A DNA stretch of 43,053 nt from an uncultured Hydromonas sp. (GTDB taxonomy: Bacteria; Pseudomonadota; Gammaproteobacteria; Burkholderiales; Burkholderiaceae). The notes beneath the pieces are model-generated. The model was not told the origin of the DNA and did no database searches. It saw only the letters and a list, made by a program, of their open reading frames with translations. Made by a program: the position numbers and the translations under genes. Location: positions 1-43,053 of the forward strand of contig CAZCDD010000001.1 in NCBI GenBank assembly GCA_964497405.1. Reading direction: 5' to 3'. Each line of letters begins with the position of its first letter. Within the stretch, counting starts at the first letter, position 1. Below are positions 9,541 through 19,958 of this stretch, piece by piece.

Positions 9541-10461
9541 ATGAATTCAAATCGCACCCTTCCTCATTGCTCCTATGATGTGGGTGTTCGCACAGTCGCT
9601 CTGGTTGGGCGACTTGCGCCGGACACCTCGCCCGAGCCGTTGCTGCACGTGATTCGCTTGATTGCGGACATGGGCAAGCAGGTGGTGATCGAGGCGCGCA
9701 CCCATGATTTTTTCAAGCTCCAGGATTATCCGCGCGTGGAACTGGCGGAAATTGGCAATATTGCCGATGTGCTGGTTTCGGTCGGTGGGGATGGCACCAT
9801 GCTCGGTGTGGCGCGCGAAGTGGCGCCGTATGGCGTGCCCTTGATCGGAATTAACCAAGGGCATTTGGGCTTCATCACCGATGTGGCTTTGAATGATGCA
9901 TCGGCGGTGTTGCGCGAGATTTTGCTCAACAAACGCTTTGAGGTCGAAGCACGCGATATGCTGCAAGTCAAAGTGGTGCGCGAAGGCAAAGAACTGTTCT
10001 CCAGTACCGCGCTCAACGACGTGGTGGTGGCGCGGCGCAGCGTCGAGGGCATGATGGAGCTGAATGTGAATGTGGACGATGGCTTTATGTATCGCCAGCG
10101 CGCCGATTCGCTCATCATTGCGACGCCGACCGGCTCAACGGCGTACTCGCTGGCGGCGAATGGGCCGATTTTGCATCCGCAATTGGCGGGGATTACGCTG
10201 GTGCCGGTGGCGCCACAGTCCTTGTCCAATCGGCCGATTGTCCTGCCGAATACCAGCAAAATTCAGATTGAAATCACATCCAACCGTGAAGCGGCGATCC
10301 ACTGCGATACGCAGGTGTATTCGTATGTGCGCAAGGGCGATCAACTGAACATCCAGCTCGCGCCGCATCAGTCGATTTTCTGGCATCCGCTGTCCTACAA
10401 CTATTTTGCGACGCTGCGCCAAAAACTCCATTGGCAGCTCAACCCGTCGCGTCCGATGTAA
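9541..10461 (+). CDS. nadK: NAD kinase
   Basis: GGDGTML, INQGHLGFITD and ATPTGSTAYSLAANGPI motifs. The start is uncertain: I prefer the ATG at 9541, but a GTG at 9499 is open in frame. Confidence 0.85.
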   Translation: MNSNRTLPHCSYDVGVRTVALVGRLAPDTSPEPLLHVIRLIADMGKQVVIEARTHDFFKLQDYPRVELAEIGNIADVLVSVGGDGTMLGVAREVAPYGVPLIGINQGHLGFITDVALNDASAVLREILLNKRFEVEARDMLQVKVVREGKELFSSTALNDVVVARRSVEGMMELNVNVDDGFMYRQRADSLIIATPTGSTAYSLAANGPILHPQLAGITLVPVAPQSLSNRPIVLPNTSKIQIEITSNREAAIHCDTQVYSYVRKGDQLNIQLAPHQSIFWHPLSYNYFATLRQKLHWQLNPSRPM

Positions 10462-10472
10462 TTGAACCGCAT

Positions 10473-12134
10473 ATGTTGATTCGCCTCAGTCTGCGCCACT
10501 TTGTGATTGTGAAGTCCCTCGATTTGGACATCGAGTCGGGCTTTACCGTGCTCACGGGTGAGACGGGGGCGGGTAAATCGATTTTGCTCGATGCGATTGG
10601 CCTGCTGCTGGGCGAACGCGCCGACGCGAGCTTGGTCGCACAGGGCGCGGATAAAACCGAGATTTCGGCGGAGTTTGAGGTGGACGATGAGGTTGCGGCA
10701 TGGCTGAGCGAACAGGAGCTCAATGCTGACGAAGCCGACCTCGTACTGATTCGCCGCACCATTGATACGCAGGGCAAAAGCCGAGCGTTCATCAACGGCG
10801 TGGCGGTGACACTGACGCAACTGCGCGAGCTGGGCGAACGCTTGGTGCACATTCACGGTCAACACGCGCATCAACTGCTGCTCAAGCCCACCTCGCAGCG
10901 CGATCTACTTGACAATCACGCGCAACTGGGCGAACAGCGCACCGCGGTGCGCGAAGCGTACCAGCACTGGCAAAGCGCACAAAAATTGCGCACGCAGGCC
11001 GAGCAGGACGTGGCGCACATCGGCGAGCGCCTCGACGCGCTGCAATGGCAATTGGACGGATTGAATACCCTCGCACCGCAGGCCGACGAGTGGGACACGC
11101 TGTCCGCCGAGCATTCGCGTTTGGCACACGCCACCACGCTGATTCAGGGCAGTTCGGCAGCGGCACATGCCTTGATCGAAGACGATCGTGCGCTCACCGA
11201 TCAGGTGCGCGAGCAAATGAATGCCGTGTCCTCGTTGGCGCGCTTGGACGAGCGGCTGAACGAAGTGGTCGAGCTGCTTGATTCGGCGCTGATCCAGTTG
11301 CAAGAAGCCGGTCACAGCCTCAATCACTACACCCAGCGCGCCGATTTGGACGAATCGCGTTGGGATGAAATTGACCGCCGCATGAGCGCGTGGCATGAAC
11401 AGGCGCGTAAATTGCGCATCGAGCCGGAACAATTGCACGCGCATTGGCAGGAATTGCAAAGTCAACTGGCGCAATTGCAGCACGGTATGGATTTAGATGC
11501 GCTGCAACAGGCAGAGCAAAAAGCTTATGCCGTATTTGAGCAGAATGCCTTGAAACTGCGCCAAGCGCGACAAAAAGCCGCCAAACAATTGGCCAAAGCT
11601 GTGACCGCCAGTATGCAAACGCTGAACATGACCGGCGGGCAGTTTGACATCGCCATCACCGAGGCGGCGCCATCGGCGCAGGGCATGGATGCGATTGAAT
11701 TTCAAGTGGCGGGGCACGCCGGTGTGGCGCTGCAAGCTTTGCACAAAGTCGCATCCGGTGGTGAACTGGCGCGCATCAGCTTGGCACTGTCGGTCATCAC
11801 CAGCGCGGCCAATCCAGTACCAACGCTGATTTTTGACGAGGTCGATTCGGGTATCGGCGGCGCCGTGGCTGAGGTGGTCGGGCGTTTACTCGCACAGATC
11901 GGGCACAACCGCCAAGTGCTGTGTGTGACGCATTTACCACAGGTGGCGGCGCAGGGTACGCATCACTGGCGCGTCTCGAAAACCACGCTCAATGGTGCGA
12001 CCTACTCCACCATCGAAGTGCTCGATGACGCACAGCGCATCGATGAAATCGCCCGTATGCTGGGCGGTGTGACCATTACGGCGGCTACGCGCGAGCACGC
12101 GCAAGAGATGCTGGCCAATCGCTTGCAGTCGTAA
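10473..12134 (+). CDS. recN: DNA repair protein RecN
   Basis: Homology starts at MLIRLSLRHFVIVKSLDLDIESGFTVLTGETGAGKSIL (ATG at 10473). Long coiled-coil middle and a C-terminal SGGELARISLAL signature. 553 aa. Confidence 0.92.
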   Translation: MLIRLSLRHFVIVKSLDLDIESGFTVLTGETGAGKSILLDAIGLLLGERADASLVAQGADKTEISAEFEVDDEVAAWLSEQELNADEADLVLIRRTIDTQGKSRAFINGVAVTLTQLRELGERLVHIHGQHAHQLLLKPTSQRDLLDNHAQLGEQRTAVREAYQHWQSAQKLRTQAEQDVAHIGERLDALQWQLDGLNTLAPQADEWDTLSAEHSRLAHATTLIQGSSAAAHALIEDDRALTDQVREQMNAVSSLARLDERLNEVVELLDSALIQLQEAGHSLNHYTQRADLDESRWDEIDRRMSAWHEQARKLRIEPEQLHAHWQELQSQLAQLQHGMDLDALQQAEQKAYAVFEQNALKLRQARQKAAKQLAKAVTASMQTLNMTGGQFDIAITEAAPSAQGMDAIEFQVAGHAGVALQALHKVASGGELARISLALSVITSAANPVPTLIFDEVDSGIGGAVAEVVGRLLAQIGHNRQVLCVTHLPQVAAQGTHHWRVSKTTLNGATYSTIEVLDDAQRIDEIARMLGGVTITAATREHAQEMLANRLQS

Positions 12135-12352
12135 TCAAGCCGACTCGGCGGTGATTCCACCGCCTTACGACACAGCCCACGCTGTTGAAAAATTCCACTT
12201 TTCGCAAAACTTTGTCTTACAATACAAAACTTTCAATGCGCTTGGCGTACAACCGTGGCGCACTGGATGCCACGCGGCTGGGCATGGGGTTGTGTCGTAT
12301 GACAACGCTGTGTGTTTGACCGAATAGTCACGATTTTGGATGAAGGTTCCAG

Positions 12353-13708
12353 ATGAATCCGCCCGTTTTCCCTTCTGATTCAGAGCAAGATCCGGTATTT
12401 CCACAGCATCAGTTTGTGCAATGGTTGCGCGATGTCGCGCCGTATGTGCACACCTTTCACAATAAAACCTTTGTGATCGCCTTTGGCGGCGAGCTGATCG
12501 AAAGTGGCGATCTGGAAGATTTGGTGTTTGATGTCAGCCTGCTCAAAGCCATGGGCATGCGCATCGTACTGATCCCGGGCGCGCGCCCGCAGATCGAAAA
12601 ACAACTGGCGTTGCGCCAAATTCCATCTGAGTTTGTCAATGGCATTCGCGTGACCAATGCGGCCACGCTCGAAGCGGTGAAAGAGGCGTGCGGCGCATCG
12701 CGTCTGTCGGTGGAAGCGGCGTTTAGTCAAGGGCTGCCGAATACGCCGATGGCGGGCTCATCGATTCATGTGGTTTCGGGCAACTTCATCACCGCCAAAC
12801 CGATCGGCGTGATCAATGGCGTGGATTATCAACATGCCGGTATCGTGCGTAAAGTCAACCGCGAAGCGATTGAATCGCAGCTCAAGGCCGATCAGGTCGT
12901 ACTGATTTCACCGCTCGGTTTTTCACCGACCGGTGAAGTATTCAATTTATCCACACCGGAGCTGGCCTCAGCGGTCGCCAGCCAGATTCATGCGGACAAA
13001 CTCATCATACTCTCGCACGAAGATGTCTTGGATGCCGAAGGCAATCAAATTCAAACCATGGATGTGCGTGAGGCGGAGGCGCTGGAGGAAACCCTGCCAG
13101 TTGGCAGTTTCCTGCGTCAGACGTTGGCGGCCTTGTGCGATGCGGTCAATGCGGGCGTGGCGCGCACGCATATCGTTCCGGCCAAGCTCGATGGTGGCGT
13201 GCTGTTGGAGTTGTTCCAGCACGATGGCGTTGGCTGCATGGTGACGCAAAACAGCTTGGAAAGTCTGCGCGAGGCGACGATTGACGATCTGGGCGGGATT
13301 TTGCAGTTGATCGCGCCGCTGGAGCAGGATGGCACGCTGGTGCCGCGTGGCCGTGAAAAGTTGGAGGCCGAGCTGCCGTTTTTCAGCGTATTGGAGTATG
13401 ACAGTGTGATTTTCGGCTGTGCGGCGCTGTATCCGTTCAAAGAAGAATCCATGGGCGAAATGGCGTGTTTTTCTGTGGATACGACGATGCAGGGTATGGG
13501 TTTTGGCGAACGCATGCTGGAGCACATCGAGGCGCGGGCGCGGCGCGAAGGTATTAAAGAATTGTTCGTGCTGACCACGCGCACGGCACATTGGTTCCTC
13601 AAGCATGGATTTGTACCGGGAACGGTGAATGATTTGCCCGACAATCGCCAGAAGATTTATAATTGGCAGCGTCGTTCACAAATTTTTGTGAAAAAACTAA
13701 AACCATAA
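12353..13708 (+). CDS. argA: amino-acid N-acetyltransferase (N-acetylglutamate synthase)
   Basis: 451 aa. N-terminal amino-acid-kinase fold ([27 protein letters not shown]) plus a C-terminal GNAT domain, the proteobacterial ArgA architecture. Confidence 0.9.
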   Translation: MNPPVFPSDSEQDPVFPQHQFVQWLRDVAPYVHTFHNKTFVIAFGGELIESGDLEDLVFDVSLLKAMGMRIVLIPGARPQIEKQLALRQIPSEFVNGIRVTNAATLEAVKEACGASRLSVEAAFSQGLPNTPMAGSSIHVVSGNFITAKPIGVINGVDYQHAGIVRKVNREAIESQLKADQVVLISPLGFSPTGEVFNLSTPELASAVASQIHADKLIILSHEDVLDAEGNQIQTMDVREAEALEETLPVGSFLRQTLAALCDAVNAGVARTHIVPAKLDGGVLLELFQHDGVGCMVTQNSLESLREATIDDLGGILQLIAPLEQDGTLVPRGREKLEAELPFFSVLEYDSVIFGCAALYPFKEESMGEMACFSVDTTMQGMGFGERMLEHIEARARREGIKELFVLTTRTAHWFLKHGFVPGTVNDLPDNRQKIYNWQRRSQIFVKKLKP

Positions 13709-13721
13709 CAGAGGGAATACT

Positions 13722-13991
13722 ATGACACGAATGGTGCAATGCGTCCGTTTGGGACACGAAGCAGAAGGCTTGGATTTTCCACCGGTACCCGGTGCTTTGG
13801 GGCAAAAGGTGTATGACAGCGTCTCCAAAGAGGGCTGGCAGCAGTGGCTCAAGCATCAAACCATGCTGATTAACGAAAATCGTTTGTCCATGCTGGATCC
13901 ACGCGCACGTCAATATTTGCTCAAGCAGTGTGAGGCATTCTTCTTTGGTGAAGGTGCTGACGCCGCTGCGGGCTATGTGCCGCAGAGCTAA
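13722..13991 (+). CDS. yggX: Fe(2+)-trafficking protein YggX
   Basis: 89 aa, collinear with E. coli YggX (..[31 protein letters not shown]). Confidence 0.9.
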   Translation: MTRMVQCVRLGHEAEGLDFPPVPGALGQKVYDSVSKEGWQQWLKHQTMLINENRLSMLDPRARQYLLKQCEAFFFGEGADAAAGYVPQS

Positions 13992-14021
13992 AGCCCAGCC
14001 ATTGAATCTGTGCATTTGAAT

Positions 14022-14055
14022 CGGCTCGCTGAGATATCGGCGAGCCGTTTGCTTT
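14022..14055 (+). terminator. Rho-independent terminator after yggX
   Basis: CGGCTCGC (14022-14029) pairs with GCGAGCCG (14040-14047), followed by TTTGCTTT. Confidence 0.7.
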
Positions 14056-14123
14056 AATGATAACTATTTGTATTTAAATAAGATTTTTTATCGCGGTGAT
14101 TCGGCATAAAATCGGCCTTCGGT

Positions 14124-14152
14124 TTGACAAGCAGGGTTTGACAGAGTAAAAT
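14124..14152 (+). promoter_or_regulatory. near-consensus sigma70 promoter upstream of the NlpC/P60 gene
   Basis: TTGACA (14124-14129), exactly 17 nt, TAAAAT (14147-14152). Confidence 0.6.
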
Positions 14153-14347
14153 GCACCTGTTAAATCGTCTAAGTCTATGATTTTGGCGAGTTTTTGTATG
14201 AATTCAATGGCGTGAGCGGGTGTTGAGTCACCTGAGTTTTTTTGTGCTCGCGTTCAGGATGTTCGGGATAATGGCAACGGTCTGCGTTGGCGTGCGGTGG
14301 TTTTTTGATGCGCGTTGTGGAGCGGCCGAGGCCTCAATGGAAACTAT

Positions 14348-14860
14348 ATGATTTTAAAAAAATGGATGAAAGCAGTCGTGGTCGCGCTCACAGGCTTGAG
14401 CTTGACCTTCGGCAGCGCGTCGGCCATGGCTGATGATGGTTTTGCGCAAAAATTATTGGGCAAAGCCATGCAATTGATCGGTGTGAAATACCGCTTTGGC
14501 GGTACCAATCCGGAAACGGGCTTGGATTGCAGCGGTTATGTGCAATACGTGTACAAATCGTCGGTGGGTGTGAGCTTGCCACGCACTGCTTCGGAGCAAG
14601 CGCGTGTGGGTGAACGTGTGGCGACATCGGATGTGCGTCCGGGCGATATGGTGTTTTTCAATACCCGTGGTTTTAGTAATTCGCATGTGGGGATTTATGT
14701 GGGTAATGGGATGTTCATTCACTCGCCCAATTCTCGCTCGCATGTGCGTTTTGATAATTTAGAGTCGGGTTACTGGAAGACCAAATTCACCGGCGTGCGC
14801 CGTGTATCGTCTAATTCAGGTGGCTCGTCATTCTATGATAATGCGCCTAAAGGTATGTAA
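14348..14860 (+). CDS. secreted NlpC/P60-family peptidoglycan endopeptidase
   Basis: Signal peptide MILKKWMKAVVVALTGLSLTFGSASAMA. NlpC/P60 core YRFGGTNPETGLDCSGYV...HVGIYVGNGMFIHS. I prefer the ATG at 14348 over the track start at 14315. Confidence 0.85.
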   Translation: MILKKWMKAVVVALTGLSLTFGSASAMADDGFAQKLLGKAMQLIGVKYRFGGTNPETGLDCSGYVQYVYKSSVGVSLPRTASEQARVGERVATSDVRPGDMVFFNTRGFSNSHVGIYVGNGMFIHSPNSRSHVRFDNLESGYWKTKFTGVRRVSSNSGGSSFYDNAPKGM

Positions 14861-14885
14861 AGCGTTTTGACGACAGAGATGATGC

Positions 14886-14914
14886 AAAAGCCCGACTTGA
14901 GTCGGGCTTTTTTT
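14886..14914. terminator. bidirectional Rho-independent terminator (NlpC/P60 gene / prfA)
   Basis: AGCCCGAC (14889-14896) pairs with GTCGGGCT (14901-14908). An A-run precedes and a T6 run follows. Confidence 0.85.
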
Positions 14915-14940
14915 GTATTCAATTTTAGCTGCGCAGTGCT

Positions 14941-16020
<1,080 letters not shown>

Positions 16021-16114
16021 AGGCGGTGCGGTACAAAAATTGCGCTGGGCGCGGGGTGAATGCGAAAGGACTGAACCTGCTGGAACGGGCTATCGAAGCG
16101 TGAGCGCTCTGGCG

Positions 16115-17470
16115 CTAATGTTCGCCGTTGTCATTATTGGGTGTGTTGTCATCCGTCGGCTCGTTCAGCCAGTTGTGCGAGACCAGCTGCCATGCTTGGC
16201 GCAGTTCTTCATTTGGACTTTGTACCCCGACGGTGGGCTCGTGCAGCAGTTTGTTGGTCAGGCGTTGCGCCAGTTGTCCGCAGAGGTTTTGTACGGCTTG
16301 TAATGTGGCGGCGGAGAGTTCACCGCGCTCTTGCAGGCTGTTGAGCGAGCCCAACACTCGTTCCAGCTCGGTCTGGCGCACGCGTTCAGCCCGCGCGCGC
16401 AGATTCAGCACGCGCGGCATGTGGGCGCGGCGTTGTTGCTCTTCGACAAACAGTTGGACTTGCGCTTCTACGATTTTTTGCGCATCGTTGAGTGCGGCCG
16501 TGCGTTGCGCGCTGTTGTGCGCGACGATGTTGGATAGGTCGTCCACGGTGTACACGTAGGCGTCGTCTAATTGACTCACCGCTGATTCGATGTCGCGTGG
16601 TACACCCAGATCAACCATAACCACGGGGCGGCGACGGCGTGCTTTGATCGCTGCTTCCACCATGCCCAAGCCGATGATGGGCAGGGTGCTGGCGGTGCAG
16701 GTGACCACCACGTCAAACCGTGGCAATTGCTCGGGTAACTCGGTCAGGCGGATGGCTTGAGCGTTGGGAGTGGGGTGGGCGGCCAGTAAATCCTGCGCGC
16801 GCTCCAGCGAGCGATTGGCCACGGTGAGGCTGTGCGGTTGCGCGCCGACGATGTGCGCGGCGACGACATCCATCATTTCGCCCGCGCCGACCAGCAGGAC
16901 GTTGAGTTTGTGAAAATCTTCAAAGACGCGTTTGGCGAGCTTGACCGCAGCAGCGGCCATGGAAACGGAGTGTTCGCCAATTGCGGTGTTGGTGCGCACG
17001 TCTTTGGCGACGGCAAAGCTTTTTTCAAACCATTGACGCAGTTCGGTCCCCATGGTGTTGGCTTCGAGTGCGATGCGTGCCGCTTGCTTCATCTGTCCCA
17101 AAATTTGCGGTTCGCCCAGCACCATCGAGTTCATGCCACTGGCAACGGCAAAAGCATGGCTCATGGCGGATTCATCGTGCAGCACATACATATGCTGGCT
17201 CAGTTCGTCCAATGGTACGCGGTGGTATTCGGCCAGCCACTGCAAAATGGCGTGTTCTGCGGCGGCTCCTGCGGTGGGCATACAGCCGTAAACCTCCATG
17301 CGGTTGCAGGTGGACAATACCGCCAACTGCGCCGTACCCTGCGAGGGCTGCGTCAGTGTGGTTTGTAGGGCTGGTAGGGCGTGGTTGAGCTCGGACGGCG
17401 CAAACGCGATCCGCTCACGCAATGCGAGCGGAGCGGTGGTATGGTTTAAGCCGATAACAAACAACGCCAT
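16115..17470 (-). CDS. hemA: glutamyl-tRNA reductase
   Basis: 451 aa. MALFVIGLNHTTAPLALRE..., LSTCNRMEVY (catalytic Cys) and the NADPH-binding LLVGAGEM motif. hemA-prfA order as in enterics. Confidence 0.92.
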   Translation of the reverse strand: MALFVIGLNHTTAPLALRERIAFAPSELNHALPALQTTLTQPSQGTAQLAVLSTCNRMEVYGCMPTAGAAAEHAILQWLAEYHRVPLDELSQHMYVLHDESAMSHAFAVASGMNSMVLGEPQILGQMKQAARIALEANTMGTELRQWFEKSFAVAKDVRTNTAIGEHSVSMAAAAVKLAKRVFEDFHKLNVLLVGAGEMMDVVAAHIVGAQPHSLTVANRSLERAQDLLAAHPTPNAQAIRLTELPEQLPRFDVVVTCTASTLPIIGLGMVEAAIKARRRRPVVMVDLGVPRDIESAVSQLDDAYVYTVDDLSNIVAHNSAQRTAALNDAQKIVEAQVQLFVEEQQRRAHMPRVLNLRARAERVRQTELERVLGSLNSLQERGELSAATLQAVQNLCGQLAQRLTNKLLHEPTVGVQSPNEELRQAWQLVSHNWLNEPTDDNTPNNDNGEH

Positions 17471-17645
17471 AGTTCAAGGAAAAAGGTTCGAGTGGGACTC
17501 AAAATGAGTAAAAGCTTGAGCGGCTTTTACGAAACTTGGTATTATACCTGCCAAATGGCGAATCGGCTATGCGCAATGACCTTTAGCTTGGGGAAAATCC
17601 GCGTTGTTCCGTAGGCGCTGACTCATCATATCACAAAGGTTTTAT

Positions 17646-17951
17646 ATGTTTTTTCAACAAGAGTTGTGGCTCATCATCGTCGGTCTAATCGTCGCGAAGG
17701 TGGTGCAAAAGACCAATCAATCGCCCGTGCCCTATCAATCCATTGCGCTGTGGTCGTGCTTATTCAGCTTGATTGTGGGGGAGTTGGGCATGTTGACACA
17801 GCTCTTTTTTCCATCTGACTTGCTGGGCTTGGTTTTGACTGCGTTGGCGGCGCTGATTGCGGCTAAAGTGGTGATCGGCGGGCGAACGGGCGCACGCGCC
17901 TCATCAAACAACTCATCACGCACGCCCAAAAAATCACGCGCTAAAAAATAA
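17646..17951 (+). CDS. hypothetical small membrane protein
   Basis: 101 aa with several hydrophobic segments and a basic Ser/Lys-rich tail. Codon usage resembles the neighbours. No recognisable family. Confidence 0.35.
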   Translation: MFFQQELWLIIVGLIVAKVVQKTNQSPVPYQSIALWSCLFSLIVGELGMLTQLFFPSDLLGLVLTALAALIAAKVVIGGRTGARASSNNSSRTPKKSRAKK

Positions 17952-18199
17952 GCGCCTTAGGTCAGTGGTGGCTAACTCTCAATGAGTATTGCGTGCTCTC
18001 AGGGTGAGCCGTCGTAATGTGCGTACAAGCACCGATAAGGTGCACTCAGGTACAGTATGGGCATCCACCGCATTCTGTACATTATTTACTAAATCTTTGG
18101 TATGTTGGGTCTATTGCCAAATGATTTTCTATTTTTCTCCTGATTATTAAGATAAAACCGCAAAATTAATGTGGCTTTTGGTCTGATTCACTTTGAATT

Positions 18200-18216
18200 T
18201 GCACCATGATGGTGCT
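18200..18216. promoter_or_regulatory. NtrC-type palindromic operator (TGCACCATGATGGTGCT)
   Basis: Perfect 15-bp palindrome GCACCAT-G-ATGGTGC. It fits the enterobacterial NtrC consensus TGCACC-N5-GGTGCA and lies 104 nt upstream of the DASS permease start. Confidence 0.45.
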
Positions 18217-18319
18217 ACGATGTAAGCCGTTACATTTTGTTAATTGTCACATCATCCCAAGCGAATATTGATAAAAATCATGATGGTGGTATTCGCTCAT
18301 GGGCTTTAGGAGAATCATA

Positions 18320-19744
18320 ATGAATCAGTCAGTGAAATTGGCCGGTGTTTTTCTTTTGGCCATCATTTTGTGGTTTATGCCTCATCCCGCTGGTTTGACC
18401 GATCAAGCATGGCATATTTTTGTCGCGTTTATTGCCGCGATTATTGCGATTATCTTGAATGCAACCTCGATTTTGGCCGCCTCTTTGATTGCCACGGCGG
18501 TGGTGGTGTTCACTAAATCCATGGCGCCAGCTAAGGCGTATGAGGGCTTTTCGCAAGGATTTGTGATTTTAATTGTGGTCGCGTTTTTGATTTCCAACGT
18601 GGTGGTAAAAACCGGTTTGGGTAAACGCATCGCGTTGACCATGATTAAATGGTTTGGTAAATCCAGTCTTGGTCTGGGCTACTCGCTGATGGCGACGGAT
18701 ATGATTTTGGCGCCGGCGTTTCCGAGTAATACTGCGCGTTCCGGTGTGCTCTATCCGATTGCGCTGTCGCTGGCGATGGACAGCGGCTCCGATCCAGAGC
18801 ATGGTACGCAAAAACGTTTGGGCAGCTATTTGATGATGCTCTCGATTGCCGGGTTGACCATTTCATCTGGTATGTGGGTGACCGCAATGGCGGCGAATCT
18901 GGCCGGTGTGGAAATGGCTAAGGCACTGGGTGTGAATATCACACCGCTCAGTTGGCTGCTGTATGCGCTGGTGCCGTCTATCGCGGGGTTTATTTTGATC
19001 CCGTGGTTTTTGTACAAGGTGATGTCGCCTGAAATGAAAGCAACGCCACAAGCTCCGGTCATGGCGAAAAAGATGCTGGCGGAGTTGGGCCCTATGTCGG
19101 GGTTGGAAAAGCTCACCGCGGTGATTTTCTTATTGATGGTATTTTGCTGGGGATTTAGCGATCAGATCAATAAAATGTTCCCAAGTCTGAACATCGAGCG
19201 CACAGCGGTGGCTTTGCTCGGTTTGGCGGTATTGCTCATCGCCAAGGCGTTTAATGACGATGATTTGAAAAAACAGGGCACTGCGCTGACCACTTTTATC
19301 TGGTTTGCGCTGCTGTACGCGCTCAGTACGGGCTTGAACAGTTCGGGTTTCATGGCCTACGCTGGTAAAATTTTGACCAACTACGTCGCCGGTATGCCGT
19401 GGCTGTGGGTGTATGTGATTTTGGTGGTCGGCTATGTGTTGATTCACTATCTGTTTGTGAGCCAAACCGCGCAGATGATGGCGCTGTTCAGCGTGTTTTT
19501 GGCGGTGGGTATTGCCTCCGGTGTGAATCCGACGCTGCTGGCGATGATGCTTTTGCTTGCGACCAACTTTAACTCCGCCATCACACCGCAAGGCTCCAGC
19601 GCCAATGTCCTGTTCGCCGGTAGCGGCTATCTGACTACCAGCGAAATTTACTGGTACGGCGGTTTGGTCACGGTGCTCAATACCGTGCTGTTCCTGACCT
19701 TGGGTTCGGCGTGGATTCTGCTGGTGTATAAAATGATTGGCTAA
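18320..19744 (+). CDS. DASS (SLC13-like) divalent anion:Na+ symporter / anion permease
   Basis: About 474 aa from the ATG at 18320, which has SD AGGAGA 7 nt upstream. Polytopic, with the PSNTARSG hairpin motif typical of DASS/CitT-type carboxylate or anion transporters. Confidence 0.85.
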   Translation: MNQSVKLAGVFLLAIILWFMPHPAGLTDQAWHIFVAFIAAIIAIILNATSILAASLIATAVVVFTKSMAPAKAYEGFSQGFVILIVVAFLISNVVVKTGLGKRIALTMIKWFGKSSLGLGYSLMATDMILAPAFPSNTARSGVLYPIALSLAMDSGSDPEHGTQKRLGSYLMMLSIAGLTISSGMWVTAMAANLAGVEMAKALGVNITPLSWLLYALVPSIAGFILIPWFLYKVMSPEMKATPQAPVMAKKMLAELGPMSGLEKLTAVIFLLMVFCWGFSDQINKMFPSLNIERTAVALLGLAVLLIAKAFNDDDLKKQGTALTTFIWFALLYALSTGLNSSGFMAYAGKILTNYVAGMPWLWVYVILVVGYVLIHYLFVSQTAQMMALFSVFLAVGIASGVNPTLLAMMLLLATNFNSAITPQGSSANVLFAGSGYLTTSEIYWYGGLVTVLNTVLFLTLGSAWILLVYKMIG

Positions 19745-19770
19745 ACCTCGATGGATCGACGCATCGCCAA

Positions 19771-19797
19771 GCCCTGAGCGCCCTCAGGGCTTTTTTT
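19771..19797 (+). terminator. Rho-independent terminator after the DASS permease gene
   Basis: GCCCTGAG (19771-19778) pairs with CTCAGGGC (19783-19790), followed by a T7 run (19791-19797). Confidence 0.8.
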
Positions 19798-19832
19798 CAT
19801 CGCACAACACTGATAACACGGGCATTACCGCA

Positions 19833-19841
19833 TGGTACAAT
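19833..19841 (+). promoter_or_regulatory. extended -10 promoter (TGgTACAAT) for the ABC transporter gene
   Basis: TG at 19833-19834 and TACAAT at 19836-19841. No good -35. About 118 nt upstream of the ATG at 19959. Confidence 0.4.
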
Positions 19842-19958
19842 CTGCGAAATTTGCCGGACAGCGGGTTGCGCGTGTGCTCAACCCTGCTGTTGGTGTTTGA
19901 TGACAGCGGGCGACGCAACCCAAAAAATGAGTCGCCCCGAATATGAACTGGTAAACCC

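Noticed and set aside
10380-10472. Search for a LexA/SOS box (CTGT-N8-ACAG) upstream of recN
   Set aside because: None is present. recN starts 11 nt after the nadK stop and appears to be co-transcribed with it.
12165-12404. 79-aa minus-strand ORF in the recN-argA spacer
   Set aside because: It overlaps the argA start and promoter region, has no SD and has unusual composition. The spacer instead shows a TACAAT -10 and a nested hairpin (CGTGGC...GCCACG inside ACAACC...GGTTGT), which is probably part of the argA leader.
17952-18120. Possible tRNA, group II intron or sRNA remnant downstream of the small membrane protein gene
   Set aside because: Only short local hairpins are present (GCACC-GATAA-GGTGC, GTACAG...CTGTAC). 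There is no tRNA cloverleaf, no T-loop GTTCRA and no intron domain V.
19842-19958. Cobalamin riboswitch upstream of the SbmA/Rv1819c-like ABC transporter
   Set aside because: There is no B12 box and no GCCACTG core, and the leader is far too short. I reported it only as an unclassified structured leader.
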